Source of the DNA: Candidatus Altimarinota bacterium
GTDB lineage: Bacteria; Patescibacteriota; Gracilibacteria; CAIRYL01; GCA-016699755
Assembly (NCBI GenBank): GCA_963664295.1
Contig: OY760935.1
Span: 832,001-896,000 of the forward strand
Length of the DNA: 64,000 bases
Reading direction: 5' to 3'
In this document: piece after piece, positions 19,399 to 29,501 of the stretch
Layout: each line of letters starts with the position of its first letter
Position numbering within the stretch: the stretch's first letter is position 1
Program-made: the position numbers and the translations under genes
The notes under the pieces: model-generated
Told to the model about the DNA's origin: nothing
Seen by the model: only the letters and a program-made list of their open reading frames with translations
The model's database searches: none

Positions 19399-20103
19399 AT
19401 GACAGCAGAAAAAATCAAAAAAGAGCTAAAAAAGCTCACGAACCCAAAAAAAGCAATAACGCTCGCTCGTTTTTTTAAAACAGGCAAAGGAGAATATAGT
19501 GAGGGCGATCTTTTTTTAGGCATCACAGTTCCAGAACAAAGAAAAATAGCTATCAAAAATAAAAACATAAAATTAAACGAACTGAAAAAGCTAATTAAAA
19601 GCAAATTCCATGAAGAACGTCTAACTGCCTTGCTTATTTTGGTTGTAAAATTTCAAAAAAAAGACCCAAAAGAACAAGAAAAAATCTATAATTTTTATTT
19701 AAAATATACAAAACTTATTAACAATTGGGATTTAGTTGATCTTTCTGCGCCAAAAATAGTAGGTGCATATTTATTAAACAAAAAAATCAAAAGAGAAACT
19801 CTTTATAAGCTGATAAAATCAAAAAATATTTGGGAAAGAAGAATTGCCATACTCAGCACATATACTTTTATAAAAAACAACGACTTTCAAGATTGCTTAA
19901 ATTTTTGCGAATTATTATTGCAAGACAAAGAAGATTTAATACACAAAGCAAGTGGCTGGATGTTGCGCGAAATTGGAAAAATAGACCAAGAAATAGAAGA
20001 AAATTTTCTTAAAAAATATTACCAAAAAATGCCCAGAACTATGCTTCGTTATGCAATTGAAAAATTCTCCGAACAAAAAAGAAAATTCTATTTAAAAAAA
20101 TAA
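19399..20103 (+). CDS. DNA alkylation repair protein (AlkD-like)
   Basis: FFKTGKGEYSEGD.FLG, NNWDLVD, DLIHKASGWMLRE, MPRTMLRYAIE. Confidence 0.92.
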   Translation: MTAEKIKKELKKLTNPKKAITLARFFKTGKGEYSEGDLFLGITVPEQRKIAIKNKNIKLNELKKLIKSKFHEERLTALLILVVKFQKKDPKEQEKIYNFYLKYTKLINNWDLVDLSAPKIVGAYLLNKKIKRETLYKLIKSKNIWERRIAILSTYTFIKNNDFQDCLNFCELLLQDKEDLIHKASGWMLREIGKIDQEIEENFLKKYYQKMPRTMLRYAIEKFSEQKRKFYLKK

Positions 20104-20165
20104 TCAAAAAAACACTAAAGCCTTAAAGAAGACTTTTTAAAAAAACATAAAATTTAGTGAATTAT

Positions 20166-20369
20166 TTACTTTCCAGCCTTAACAAGAACAGAAATTAAAT
20201 AATAAACCGAGGCAATACCAACAAGGTCGTAAACAACTTTACTCGCAGTTGTCATATCGCCAGCAAGATTAGCAACGAGGTCAAAGTCAAAAAAACCAAT
20301 AAGACCCCAGTTGAGCGCACCCACAACAACAAGGATGAACGCAGTCCAGTCTAAAAAGTTATACTTCAT
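20166..20369 (-). CDS. DUF378 family small membrane protein
   Basis: LVVVGALNWGLIGFFDFDLVA. Confidence 0.9.
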   Translation of the reverse strand: MKYNFLDWTAFILVVVGALNWGLIGFFDFDLVANLAGDMTTASKVVYDLVGIASVYYLISVLVKAGK

Positions 20370-20423
20370 AACAAAAGACTAAAGTTGTCTATAAAATAGA
20401 TTATTTTTTCTTAAAATGCAAAT

Positions 20424-21563
20424 TTAAGAACAAAGTATTTTTTTATTAAATAGTAAACCCGCACATTTTAATTGTTTATACAAAAGATAGAAAAACGCAA
20501 AAACCTCCACAAAAATAAAGAATAAAATTACAAAATATAAAAACAAACTTTGTGTAAACAAATTAAAAACAAAACTACCCAAAACCGCATAAGCAACAAT
20601 AGGGCAAATTAATCCCCACTGAGAAACAAAAAATTCCTTAAAAAAGTCTTTTTTAAAAAAATCTTTTAAAAGACTAAGCCCAAAAAGCATATACCAAGTT
20701 TCAAAAGCAAAGGCAAAAGTCATTAAAATCATAAAAAAATTACCCAAATGTGCTCCATGATGATTTTCTAAAAAATGTCCAATTCTAAATCCACTAATTG
20801 CAAAAAGTGTGACATTAGGAACAACAATCAACATACTTGGCAAAAATTGTTTCTCTGGCAAGCCTGTTTGCATGAAATGACTTTTAAAAATAGAAATTAA
20901 CTTAACTAAAAGCAAAAATAAGCCCATAGATCCGGATATAAGCGATAAAAAGAAGGCAAGATTAGCAATTTCTGGATTTTTCGCCATAGCTGCAATTCCT
21001 GTGCCTGTCACAGTAGCCATACCAAGAGCAAAAGGATGCAAAAGCCAACCAAAATGAATTTTGCTGATATCAAAACTATTAACAAAAGAAATTTTTAACA
21101 ATTTAATTTCCATAAACATAAGCCACAACCAAAACAAAGCCCAAAAAATAAACCCACTGAGCATAAAATCTTGCAAATTATCAGCCAAATAAGGAACAAA
21201 ATAGCGCACAGCACCAATAAATACATTGATAGTCATAAAAATTGAGATAAATGGCGCTAATATGCCTACATTTTGCAAGGGATCTTGCATAAAATCTTTA
21301 TATTCTTTTGTTTTTAACCATTTCCAAAGTTGAACCAAGAAAATAATTGTTAAAACAATATGAATTAAAGCAAAAACAACCATCATTGTTTCAATTGCGC
21401 CAAACAAAAGTATATGAAAAAGATCAAGATTATTGTGAACATCAGCAAATTTAATCAAGCCTTTGCCATGAGGAATTGTGTAATTAAAAAAGGCAAAACC
21501 ACTAATAGCAATGCCTCCTGCACCTAAAGATGCCAAAAAAAGTAATGGTGAAAATTTTTTCAT
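20424..21563 (-). CDS. TsoY-family polytopic membrane protein
   Basis: FSPLLFLASLGAGG N-terminus, W.LICP..A near C-terminus, about 10 TM; start at ATG 21563; family call from memory. Confidence 0.7.
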   Translation of the reverse strand: MKKFSPLLFLASLGAGGIAISGFAFFNYTIPHGKGLIKFADVHNNLDLFHILLFGAIETMMVVFALIHIVLTIIFLVQLWKWLKTKEYKDFMQDPLQNVGILAPFISIFMTINVFIGAVRYFVPYLADNLQDFMLSGFIFWALFWLWLMFMEIKLLKISFVNSFDISKIHFGWLLHPFALGMATVTGTGIAAMAKNPEIANLAFFLSLISGSMGLFLLLVKLISIFKSHFMQTGLPEKQFLPSMLIVVPNVTLFAISGFRIGHFLENHHGAHLGNFFMILMTFAFAFETWYMLFGLSLLKDFFKKDFFKEFFVSQWGLICPIVAYAVLGSFVFNLFTQSLFLYFVILFFIFVEVFAFFYLLYKQLKCAGLLFNKKILCS

Positions 21564-21573
21564 AATTAAAAAA

Positions 21574-21813
21574 TTAAATTTTAGTAAGCTCAGATAGGAT
21601 TTTTTTAAATTCATCTCTATCTTTTTGACAAGAAAATTGAAGACAATTCTCAAGATTATTAGCAATAAATTTACTTGTTAAGGAATTAACACTAGACTTA
21701 ACGGCTTTTAATTGAATTAAAACAGAAAAACAGTCTCTTTTTTCTGCCAACATTTTTTTAATTCCCCCTAATTGTCCAATAATATTGTTAATTAATTGCT
21801 CTTCGTTTTTCAT
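21574..21813 (-). CDS. CsoR/RcnR-family repressor, CstR-like
   Basis: IIGQLGGIKKM...RDC..VLIQLKAVKSS...NLENC. Confidence 0.9.
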   Translation of the reverse strand: MKNEEQLINNIIGQLGGIKKMLAEKRDCFSVLIQLKAVKSSVNSLTSKFIANNLENCLQFSCQKDRDEFKKILSELTKI

Positions 21814-21835
21814 AATTAAAACTAAATTCATAAAA

Positions 21836-21865
21836 ATAGTAACATACACCCCTAGGGGGTGTCAA
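21836..21865 (-). promoter_or_regulatory. Promoter with CsoR-family operator between -35 and -10
   Basis: Minus strand reads TTGACA-ccccctaggggtgtaTGt-TACTAT; C-tract/G-tract near-palindrome typical of CsoR-family operators. Confidence 0.8.
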
Positions 21866-21920
21866 ATATTTTTATAAATACACCAAAAAAACTACTAAAA
21901 TGAAATTATATAATTATTTT

Positions 21921-22706
21921 TTATACACTTTCGTAGCCTATTTTAGTAATTTTTCTTAATTTTGATTTTGTAGCATTCCAAGCAGTAAAATCACGCAGGT
22001 CAGGACGAATTATTTCAACTCTTTTGTCGTTTGGAATAAAATTAAGCTGATTATAAAAAATAATTCTTGTGGCTCTTTCAATAACTTGTCGAAGATTTTT
22101 TATTTTTTGAAATCTCTTACTTTCAGAAAAATCAACGTCTTTTGGGAAACTACCAGCAACATCAACAGCATAAATTTTCTCTCCCTTATAACGCTTAATT
22201 GCAATATCAACAGGCAAATTCAAGCTCAATCCGCCATCAACTAACCATTTTTTTTCTGTTGGGTGAAAAAATGGCTCAAAAACAAAAGGCACTGAAATAG
22301 AAGAGCGCACAGCATCAGCAATTTTACCGGAATTAATAATAACTCTCTCCCCTGTTGTAAAGTCAGTTGTGCCAACATAAAAAGGACAATCTAGGTCTTT
22401 AAACTCCTTTCCTTCATATAATTCATCTATAAGATTATAGAATTTTTTTCCTCTTATAATTCCAAAATTATTTGCGGAAATATCAAAAGCCAAAGAAAAT
22501 AAATTAGTCTCCTGAAGAATTTTTTCTGCTTCTTTTGGGGTTTTACCGCAAGCAAAAAGACCTGCCACAATCGAGCCAGCAGAAACTCCTGTAAAAAAAT
22601 CAAATTGATAATTTTTTTCTACCAATTTTTGTGCCACTCCAATGTGGGACGCTCCTAATGCCGCTCCTCCTGATAGCACCAATGCTGTTTTCTTATTCTT
22701 TTTCAC
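21921..22706 (-). CDS. Patatin-like phospholipase
   Basis: SGGAALG, GVSAG nucleophile, DGG. Confidence 0.93.
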   Translation of the reverse strand: MKKNKKTALVLSGGAALGASHIGVAQKLVEKNYQFDFFTGVSAGSIVAGLFACGKTPKEAEKILQETNLFSLAFDISANNFGIIRGKKFYNLIDELYEGKEFKDLDCPFYVGTTDFTTGERVIINSGKIADAVRSSISVPFVFEPFFHPTEKKWLVDGGLSLNLPVDIAIKRYKGEKIYAVDVAGSFPKDVDFSESKRFQKIKNLRQVIERATRIIFYNQLNFIPNDKRVEIIRPDLRDFTAWNATKSKLRKITKIGYESV

Positions 22707-22734
22707 ATATTATTTAAAATCTTTTTTATTTTAT

Positions 22735-22763
22735 AAAAAAGAGCTCCCAAAGGGAACTCTTTT
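22735..22763 (-). terminator. Intrinsic terminator after LPXTG protein gene
   Basis: aaaagagctccc-aaa-gggaactctttt hairpin flanked by A/T runs. Confidence 0.7.
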
Positions 22764-22786
22764 AAAAACTATGACAATTTACTAAT

Positions 22787-24088
22787 TTATTTTTTTCTTA
22801 ATCTTGAAACACCAGCTAATGCAAGACCTGCGCCAAGTGCAACTAAAGCAATTGGACCTGTTTGCGGTAAGGCAGGAAGACGAACAGAACGAATAACACC
22901 GTCACTTTCGTTACCAGCTTGGTCACGAGTAGTTAACTTAAATGTATGTTCTGTTTCTGGTTTTGCTGAAAGTTCATAATCAGTATCAGTCTGAGCAAGA
23001 AGTTTACCAGCATCCCATGTTGTACCTTTATCTAAAGAATGATAAAGAATTTGATCAACAATTTCACTTGCTGTATCAGCACTTAATGTCCAAGAAAGCT
23101 TTACCAAGAAATCACTTGCCCTTGCTTTAAAGCTAACCATAAAATTAGTGACATCTGCAGGTGCTTCTGTATCAACAGGAGCAATAGCAGTTTCGTCTTC
23201 ATTGCCTGTTAATCCTGTGTCACCAACTTCTGGCGAAATAATGTTATCCAAAATACCGCCTTCTGCTTCATCGCCTTCGTTATCATCAGCCTCAGGTTCA
23301 ACTTCACCTTCACCAGCAACTGGATGATCTTCTTCAAAAGTTTCCTTGTCAGTACCTGTAAATACTGCTGAGTCAGTAGCACCACTTTCAATTGGATTGC
23401 CGTCTTCATCAGTAATCAAAGCACTAACAGTCACTTTATAGTCTTTATCGGCAACTTGTTCATCTGTTTGAAGAATTACACGATAATGAACTTCTTCTTC
23501 ATTTTCTTCTCCTTTGTTTTGAACATCATATTCAGCAGACCAAACAAGTAAAAACTTACTATCATCATCTGCTTCTGTGATTGTAAAAGAAAGTTCTGGA
23601 TTTTCTTCTGGAAGAACAATGTTTTTTGAGAACTCAACTGCAACTGATTCTTTTGTGCGAGCTGATGAAGCTGTGACAGTTGGCGCTTCAACATCTGCAC
23701 CTTCTATAGAAGGAACTAATCTAAGTTCTTCACTAATTTCACCCTCTGTGTCGTTTTGACCAACTGCTTGGACAGCAACATAAACAGGACTACCATTTGT
23801 AAGATTAGAAATTGTTGCGCTTGCTTCAGTGACTTCAATTACATCTTCATATTCATCTGCAAGACCTTCTGCAACTGATGTTTTGCTTGAATAAACCTTA
23901 AAGCTTGACGCATCGTTGCCATTTTTATCAGGAGAGGCACTCCATTCCAATGAAACTTCCTCATCGCCAGGAGTTCCAGTAAAACCACTAATAACTAATG
24001 TGGTTTCAGCGTCATCCTCAAAAAGTGCCTGTGTTGGCGCTATGAATGCCAAAAGCGAGAGCATGACTGCAAAAGCTGTTTTTTTCAT
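22787..24088 (-). CDS. Acidic surface protein with FN3/Ig-like domains and LPQTG sorting signal
   Basis: Signal peptide; FN3-like VSLEW...ISNLTNG.PVYVAVQAV; C-terminal LPQTG + hydrophobic helix + RLRKK. Confidence 0.85.
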   Translation of the reverse strand: MKKTAFAVMLSLLAFIAPTQALFEDDAETTLVISGFTGTPGDEEVSLEWSASPDKNGNDASSFKVYSSKTSVAEGLADEYEDVIEVTEASATISNLTNGSPVYVAVQAVGQNDTEGEISEELRLVPSIEGADVEAPTVTASSARTKESVAVEFSKNIVLPEENPELSFTITEADDDSKFLLVWSAEYDVQNKGEENEEEVHYRVILQTDEQVADKDYKVTVSALITDEDGNPIESGATDSAVFTGTDKETFEEDHPVAGEGEVEPEADDNEGDEAEGGILDNIISPEVGDTGLTGNEDETAIAPVDTEAPADVTNFMVSFKARASDFLVKLSWTLSADTASEIVDQILYHSLDKGTTWDAGKLLAQTDTDYELSAKPETEHTFKLTTRDQAGNESDGVIRSVRLPALPQTGPIALVALGAGLALAGVSRLRKK

Positions 24089-24173
24089 TTTTATTTTTGA
24101 TTAAATTTTAGTAAATTAAAAAAGTTATCACATTATTGTCGCATATTTTTTCCAAAAAGTCAATAATACAAGC

Positions 24174-25022
24174 ATGCAAATACACTTTTATTCATTTTTA
24201 AAAATAATTCCAAAAAACCAGATAAGCACCTATGGTGATTTTGCTAAATTTTTTGGTCTCCCAAACCATGCTCGCTATATAGGAAAACTGCTTAATCAGA
24301 ACAAAAACCCTGATAAATATCCTTGTTTTAAGATAGTTGAAGCAAGTGGATTTTTAGGTGGATTTGCATTGGGCTTGGAGGAAAAAATCAAAAGATTAGA
24401 AAAAATAAATATAAGTATAAAAAATAAAAAAATTAAAAATTTTTCTAAAAATCTTTGGAAACCAGAATTTTATAATTATTTTTTAGGCATACCTTTAGAC
24501 AAAAAATCACAAAAAAAATTTAAAAAACTACAAAATAAAATTAAAAAAATCATTCCTGAGAAAATAATTAGCCTACAAAATCCAGAAACAGCACACATAA
24601 CAATTAATTTTTTAGGAAAAATCAGTCTAAACAACCTAAAAATCCTTGTTAATAAGTTTAAAAAACTAAAATTCAGTAAATTTTCTGTAAAAATGGAAAA
24701 AATTGATTTTTTTGGAACACCATCAAGCAGAATAATTTGTTTTATTGACTGCAAAAAAGGCATAAAAGAACTAAGTAAGTTAAATAAATTATTAAAATCA
24801 GATGAAAAACAAAAATTCCACCCCCACATCACAATTTTTCGCATAAAAGATGCTAAAAAATTTCAAAAATACGAAAATAAAATCAAAAAAACACTAGAAA
24901 AAACCAGTTTAAATTTTGAAATAAATAAATTAAGATTATATACCGCAGTTGGTAATATTCACCAAATTCCCCTTATCGATTTTGACAATGATGAAAAAGT
25001 TTCAGTGGCAAGAGCAAATTAA
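24174..25022 (+). CDS. Fusion of MGMT/ATL-type DNA-binding domain and 2H phosphoesterase (ThpR-like)
   Basis: IPKNQISTYG...PCFKIV...LGGF N-domain; two HITI motifs in C-domain. Confidence 0.8.
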   Translation: MQIHFYSFLKIIPKNQISTYGDFAKFFGLPNHARYIGKLLNQNKNPDKYPCFKIVEASGFLGGFALGLEEKIKRLEKINISIKNKKIKNFSKNLWKPEFYNYFLGIPLDKKSQKKFKKLQNKIKKIIPEKIISLQNPETAHITINFLGKISLNNLKILVNKFKKLKFSKFSVKMEKIDFFGTPSSRIICFIDCKKGIKELSKLNKLLKSDEKQKFHPHITIFRIKDAKKFQKYENKIKKTLEKTSLNFEINKLRLYTAVGNIHQIPLIDFDNDEKVSVARAN

Positions 25023-25941
25023 GCCAATTTATTGCCTTGCACCCATGGACGGCTGGACAGATAGTGCTTTTCGACAAGTGATCAAGAAAATCAGTCCCGA
25101 AGTGCATGTTTTTACTGAATTTGTTTGTGTTGATGGTATAACTCACAAAAAAAGAAGCAAAAAACTACTCGAAAAAGCCATAAAACATGAAAAAATCGAA
25201 AAACCATTAATTGTGCAATTATTTGGCAGAGATCCTGAAAAATTTGCACTAGCCTCAGAAATGATGGAGGAATTGGGCGCTGGTGCTATTGATATTAATT
25301 TTGGCTGTCCTGCAAAAAAAGTAATTTCATCAGGGCATGGCGCACATTTGCTTAAAGAACCAGATTTGGCTGAAAAAATTGTAAAAGCTACAAAAAAAGC
25401 TACAAAACTAGATGTTTCTGTAAAAACCCGCTTGGGCTGGGACAATCCTGAGCAAATTTTTGATTTTGGAAAAATGCTTATTGAGGCAGGAGCAGACGCA
25501 TTAACTTTTCATGGACGCACAGCAAAACAGGCTTTTGCTGGCAAAGCAGATTACAAAAACATTTTTTTATTTAAAGAAAAAAACCCAAAACAAATCATAA
25601 TTGGCAATGGTGACATCACAAACAAAGAAAAAGCAAAAAAAATTCTTCAAAAATTAGATGGAATTATGATTGGCAGAGAAGCAACTCGCAATTTTTGGAT
25701 TTTTCGCGAAATTATTGATGATAATTTTCAATTACCATCTTTTGACGAACGCGCAAAAATGCTTATTTGGCAAGCAGAACAAACAGAAAAAAGTAAAGGA
25801 AAATACGGCGTAATCGCTATGCGTAAATTTTTTGCTACTTTTGTGCGTGGCTTTGAAGGAGCAAGTGAAATTCGTCAAAACTTAATGCAAGTAGAAAAAG
25901 CAAGTGAAGCAAAAAAAATCTTAAGTAAAATTGCTATCTAA
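24988..25941 (+). CDS. tRNA-dihydrouridine synthase
   Basis: LAPMDG, IDINFGCP, VKTRLG, HGRT, NGDI, GIMIGR. Confidence 0.94.
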   Translation: MMKKFQWQEQIKPIYCLAPMDGWTDSAFRQVIKKISPEVHVFTEFVCVDGITHKKRSKKLLEKAIKHEKIEKPLIVQLFGRDPEKFALASEMMEELGAGAIDINFGCPAKKVISSGHGAHLLKEPDLAEKIVKATKKATKLDVSVKTRLGWDNPEQIFDFGKMLIEAGADALTFHGRTAKQAFAGKADYKNIFLFKEKNPKQIIIGNGDITNKEKAKKILQKLDGIMIGREATRNFWIFREIIDDNFQLPSFDERAKMLIWQAEQTEKSKGKYGVIAMRKFFATFVRGFEGASEIRQNLMQVEKASEAKKILSKIAI

Positions 25942-25970
25942 AGTTTTTTTTGAGAAAATCAAGTTTGCAT

Positions 25971-27176
25971 ATGAATATAGAAAAAATAGACCGCTGGCTA
26001 CTTATTGTGTTTATTGGTCTCTTGATTTTTGGTGTTTTTATGATCAACTCAGTGAGCACCTATGAATCACTAATATTGATGATAAAATCAAAAGGATCAG
26101 ACTATTGCCTGCCTGAAAGCGGGAATAATTGTAATAATTTTTATTTTATTCGCCACATTAAGCATGTGCTCATGGCACTTCCTCTTTTTTTTCTTGCACT
26201 TTTTATCCCCATTCACTCTTATCGCAAAATAGCTCCTTTGTTATTTGTTATTTCGTTGGTTCTGCTTTTTGTTTTATTTATTGAAGGAGTTGGCTCAGAT
26301 TATGGTACTGCTCGTAGTTGGATAAATGTGCCAATTTTGCCTTCTATCCAGCCATCGGAAGTTATGAAGCTAGCAATTATTTTCTATTTGGCAATTTGGA
26401 TGGAAAAAAAGGAAAATGAAGTACGCACCTTTCAACAAGGCTTTTTACCTTTTGTAATTTTACTTTCTGTTTCTCTGCTTCCTCTTGCGCTTCAGCCAGA
26501 TTTTGGTTCAGTTTTGGTTATTGGACTAATTGCTGTAAGTATGTTTTTTGTAGCTGGAGGTAATATCTTACATATTATCACAGGAGGCACTATTGCCTCA
26601 CTTCTTGCTTGGCCAATTATTCTTTCACATACTTATATTCGTCAAAGGTTTTTGGCTTTTATAGACCCAGAAAATCCAGCCCTTCAGGATTTTGCTTATC
26701 ATATTAAACAATCTTTAATTACTATTGGCAGTGGAGGTGTTTATGGTGTTGGTTACAACGAAAGTGGACAAAAAAATGGCTGGCTACCAGAAATCCAATC
26801 AGATACTATTTTTGCGGCAGCCGCAGAAGAAATGGGTTTTATTCGAGTTATTTTTCTTGTTTTAGCTTTTTTTATTATTGCTTATAGGGGCTTTAGGGTT
26901 GCAGAACGAAGCAATGATCGTTTTTCCAAGCTTGTTGCTACTGGTATAACTGCCTGGATTGTTTTTCAGGCTTTAATAAATATTGCAGTGACCCTAAGCC
27001 TTATCCCGCCAACCGGCATTACCCTGCCTTTTATTTCTTATGGTGGCTCATCTCTCACAACAATAATGTTTGCATCAGGCATACTTCTGCATATTTCCAT
27101 GAACCAAGAAGGTTCAAAATTTTTCTATAAACGAAATAGAATAAAAAGATCAAACTATCGCCCAATGCGAAGATGA
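25971..27176 (+). CDS. ftsW: SEDS peptidoglycan polymerase FtsW
   Basis: ARSW, IQPSE, QPDFG, LPE.QSD.IFA, P.TGITLPFISYGGSS; adjacent to murG. Confidence 0.9.
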   Translation: MNIEKIDRWLLIVFIGLLIFGVFMINSVSTYESLILMIKSKGSDYCLPESGNNCNNFYFIRHIKHVLMALPLFFLALFIPIHSYRKIAPLLFVISLVLLFVLFIEGVGSDYGTARSWINVPILPSIQPSEVMKLAIIFYLAIWMEKKENEVRTFQQGFLPFVILLSVSLLPLALQPDFGSVLVIGLIAVSMFFVAGGNILHIITGGTIASLLAWPIILSHTYIRQRFLAFIDPENPALQDFAYHIKQSLITIGSGGVYGVGYNESGQKNGWLPEIQSDTIFAAAAEEMGFIRVIFLVLAFFIIAYRGFRVAERSNDRFSKLVATGITAWIVFQALINIAVTLSLIPPTGITLPFISYGGSSLTTIMFASGILLHISMNQEGSKFFYKRNRIKRSNYRPMRR

Positions 27177-28213
27177 AAAAAGAAATTATCATTGTTGCTG
27201 GCGGTTCTGGAGGTCATATTACCCCTGCACTTGCTGTTGCTTCAGAATTTAATAAAAAAAATATTCTTTTTCTATGTTCAAAAAAAGCATTAGACCAAAA
27301 AATAATCTCCGAAGCAGGATATGAATACAAAAAAATGCTTTCCGGCAAGCTCCGAAGATACTTTTCTTGGCAAAATTTTATTGATTTTTTCTTATTTTTA
27401 GCTGGAATTTTTCAGTCTTTCTTTTTTTTGCTAATAAATCGGCCAAAAATCATTTTTTCCAAAGGTGGCTTTGTGTCTTTGCCTGTTGGCATTAGCGCCT
27501 GGATACTCCGAATTCCATTTATTCTCCATGAAAGCGACGCAAAAATGGGACTAGCCAATAAAATTCTTTCTCGGTTTGCAAAAAAAACCTTAACAGCAAT
27601 GCCAAGCAAAAAACACACTCATGCTGGCACGCCAATTCGTAAAGAAATATTAAGAGGAAAAAAAGATAAAGCACAAAAATTTTTAAATTTTAAAAACCCA
27701 AAAAAACCTCTTATTTTTATTATTGGCGGATCACAAGGAGCACTGGTAATCAATAAAAAAATAAAAAAAATCCAAAGAAAATTTGAAAAAATAGCTAATA
27801 TTGCTGTGCTTACAGGTCATGGCAAAAAAATATTCAAAAACTCAGATTCATTAAAAGCATTTGAATTTTTAAACAAAGAATATAGCCATGTTCTCACTTT
27901 ATCTGACTTAGTTATTTCTCGTGCTGGTGCAAACTCTATTGCTGAAATTTCTGCCACAAAAAAACCATGTATTTTAATTCCTCTACCAGGCTCTGCTAAT
28001 AATCACCAAGAAAAAAATGCAAAATTATTGGAACAAAAAAAAGCCTGTATTTATTTATCACAAAAAAATCTCAACGAACAAAAACTATTTAAAACAATAG
28101 AAAACCTATTAAAAAACAAACAAAAACAATTAGTTCTTAAAAAGAATATCTCAAAACTATTTAATCCTAATTCAAGCAAAAAAATTGCTGAAGAAATTAA
28201 AAAATTTCTTTAA
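27173..28213 (+). CDS. murG: Lipid II GlcNAc transferase MurG
   Basis: GGSGGHITP, KGGFVS, HES, GGSQGA, SRAGA, HQ..NA. Confidence 0.95.
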   Translation: MKKEIIIVAGGSGGHITPALAVASEFNKKNILFLCSKKALDQKIISEAGYEYKKMLSGKLRRYFSWQNFIDFFLFLAGIFQSFFFLLINRPKIIFSKGGFVSLPVGISAWILRIPFILHESDAKMGLANKILSRFAKKTLTAMPSKKHTHAGTPIRKEILRGKKDKAQKFLNFKNPKKPLIFIIGGSQGALVINKKIKKIQRKFEKIANIAVLTGHGKKIFKNSDSLKAFEFLNKEYSHVLTLSDLVISRAGANSIAEISATKKPCILIPLPGSANNHQEKNAKLLEQKKACIYLSQKNLNEQKLFKTIENLLKNKQKQLVLKKNISKLFNPNSSKKIAEEIKKFL

Positions 28214-29071
28214 TTATTTATCTTTCTTACTGCTTACTGGAATTTTGTCAGTTTCGTTGATAATTAATGTTGGTGAAATGCCTTTTTCTGTAAGGATAAC
28301 TTTTGAGTTGTAGGTTAAGCTATCACGAGTCACTTCCCAGGCTTTTAGTTTTTGTGCTTTGTCCTTAAAGGTTTCTTCTGCTGCGGTATTTACTAAACGA
28401 ATTGCCTCTGCTTCACCATTAGCTCTTTCTATTTGTGATTGCTTATCTGCTTGTGCTTCAATTATTCTTGCTTCCGCAATCTGACGAGTTGCTTCTTTTT
28501 CTGCTGTTGCGGCTGTAATTCTTGCTTCTTTTTCTCTTTCTGCTGTCACAACTTTGTCCATAGCAGTTTGTACGTCCTGTGATGGGCGAACATCTTGAAG
28601 CTCAACACGCAAAATATCAATACCCCAAGCTTCTGTTTGTGAATCTAGTTCTGTCTCAATTTTTGCGTTAATTGTCTGCCTATTTGCATTTACTTCTGTA
28701 AAATCAAGCTCGCCAACAATAGAACGCAAAGTTGTCTGAGCAAGAGAAGGAATGGCAGTGTAATAATTATCAACATTATAAACTGCCTTCATAACATCTT
28801 TTATTTTAAAATAAACCACAGCATCAATACTAAGATTAAGATTATCTTTAGTAATCACTGTTTGTTTTGCAATATCTAAACGAATTTCTGTCACACGCAC
28901 TTTATACATCTTATCAACAAATGGAATAATCCACCTAAGACCTTGTTCTGTTGTGCGATTGTATTTACCAAATCTTTCAATAATCCCTTTTTCTATTGGT
29001 CGAATTACACGAAAACCAAACAAAACAAAAAGGAAAAAAATTGTTCCAATAGTGACAAAAGTACCTTCCAT
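28214..29071 (-). CDS. SPFH/stomatin-like (band 7) protein
   Basis: IERFGKY, VITKDN, QTTLRSIVG, AEREKEA. Confidence 0.93.
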   Translation of the reverse strand: MEGTFVTIGTIFFLFVLFGFRVIRPIEKGIIERFGKYNRTTEQGLRWIIPFVDKMYKVRVTEIRLDIAKQTVITKDNLNLSIDAVVYFKIKDVMKAVYNVDNYYTAIPSLAQTTLRSIVGELDFTEVNANRQTINAKIETELDSQTEAWGIDILRVELQDVRPSQDVQTAMDKVVTAEREKEARITAATAEKEATRQIAEARIIEAQADKQSQIERANGEAEAIRLVNTAAEETFKDKAQKLKAWEVTRDSLTYNSKVILTEKGISPTLIINETDKIPVSSKKDK

Positions 29072-29105
29072 ATTTTTAAAGAAAAATCATGCTCATAATA
29101 AGCAT

Positions 29106-29450
29106 TTATTCTTGCTTAAGCAAGCGCCTGTTTTGTAAAAGCTTAAAAAAACTTGGATCCTCTTCTTGAAAATTTTCAAAAGCCTGTCGCACGCTCTCCT
29201 GCGCTTCAACAATATCAAAAGCATTGCGTAAATTATCTCTATTTAATGGCAACCTAGCTCCTCTTTGATCAATAAAAATAGCATGACCATTGTTTGAGCC
29301 CATAAAAAAAGCCACTAAATTAAAAGATTGATTAAAACGAGACATTACAGCATATATTTTTCCTGGCTCCAGATCTTCTGGTGATAAATAACCAGATGTT
29401 TCTCTCATTTTCTTTATTGTGCTTTCTGGCAAATTAGGGGAATTATTCAT
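29106..29450 (-). CDS. Hypothetical protein (114 aa)
   Basis: ORF only. Confidence 0.6.
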   Translation of the reverse strand: MNNSPNLPESTIKKMRETSGYLSPEDLEPGKIYAVMSRFNQSFNLVAFFMGSNNGHAIFIDQRGARLPLNRDNLRNAFDIVEAQESVRQAFENFQEEDPSFFKLLQNRRLLKQE

Positions 29451-29501
29451 AAAGAATTTATTATTATTTTAGACCCCAGTTTAGCGAAAAAAATAAAGAA
29501 A

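Noticed and set aside
20424-20460. Selenocysteine at the TsoY-like C-terminus
   Set aside because: The gene ends in TAA with Cys codons and has no in-frame TGA.
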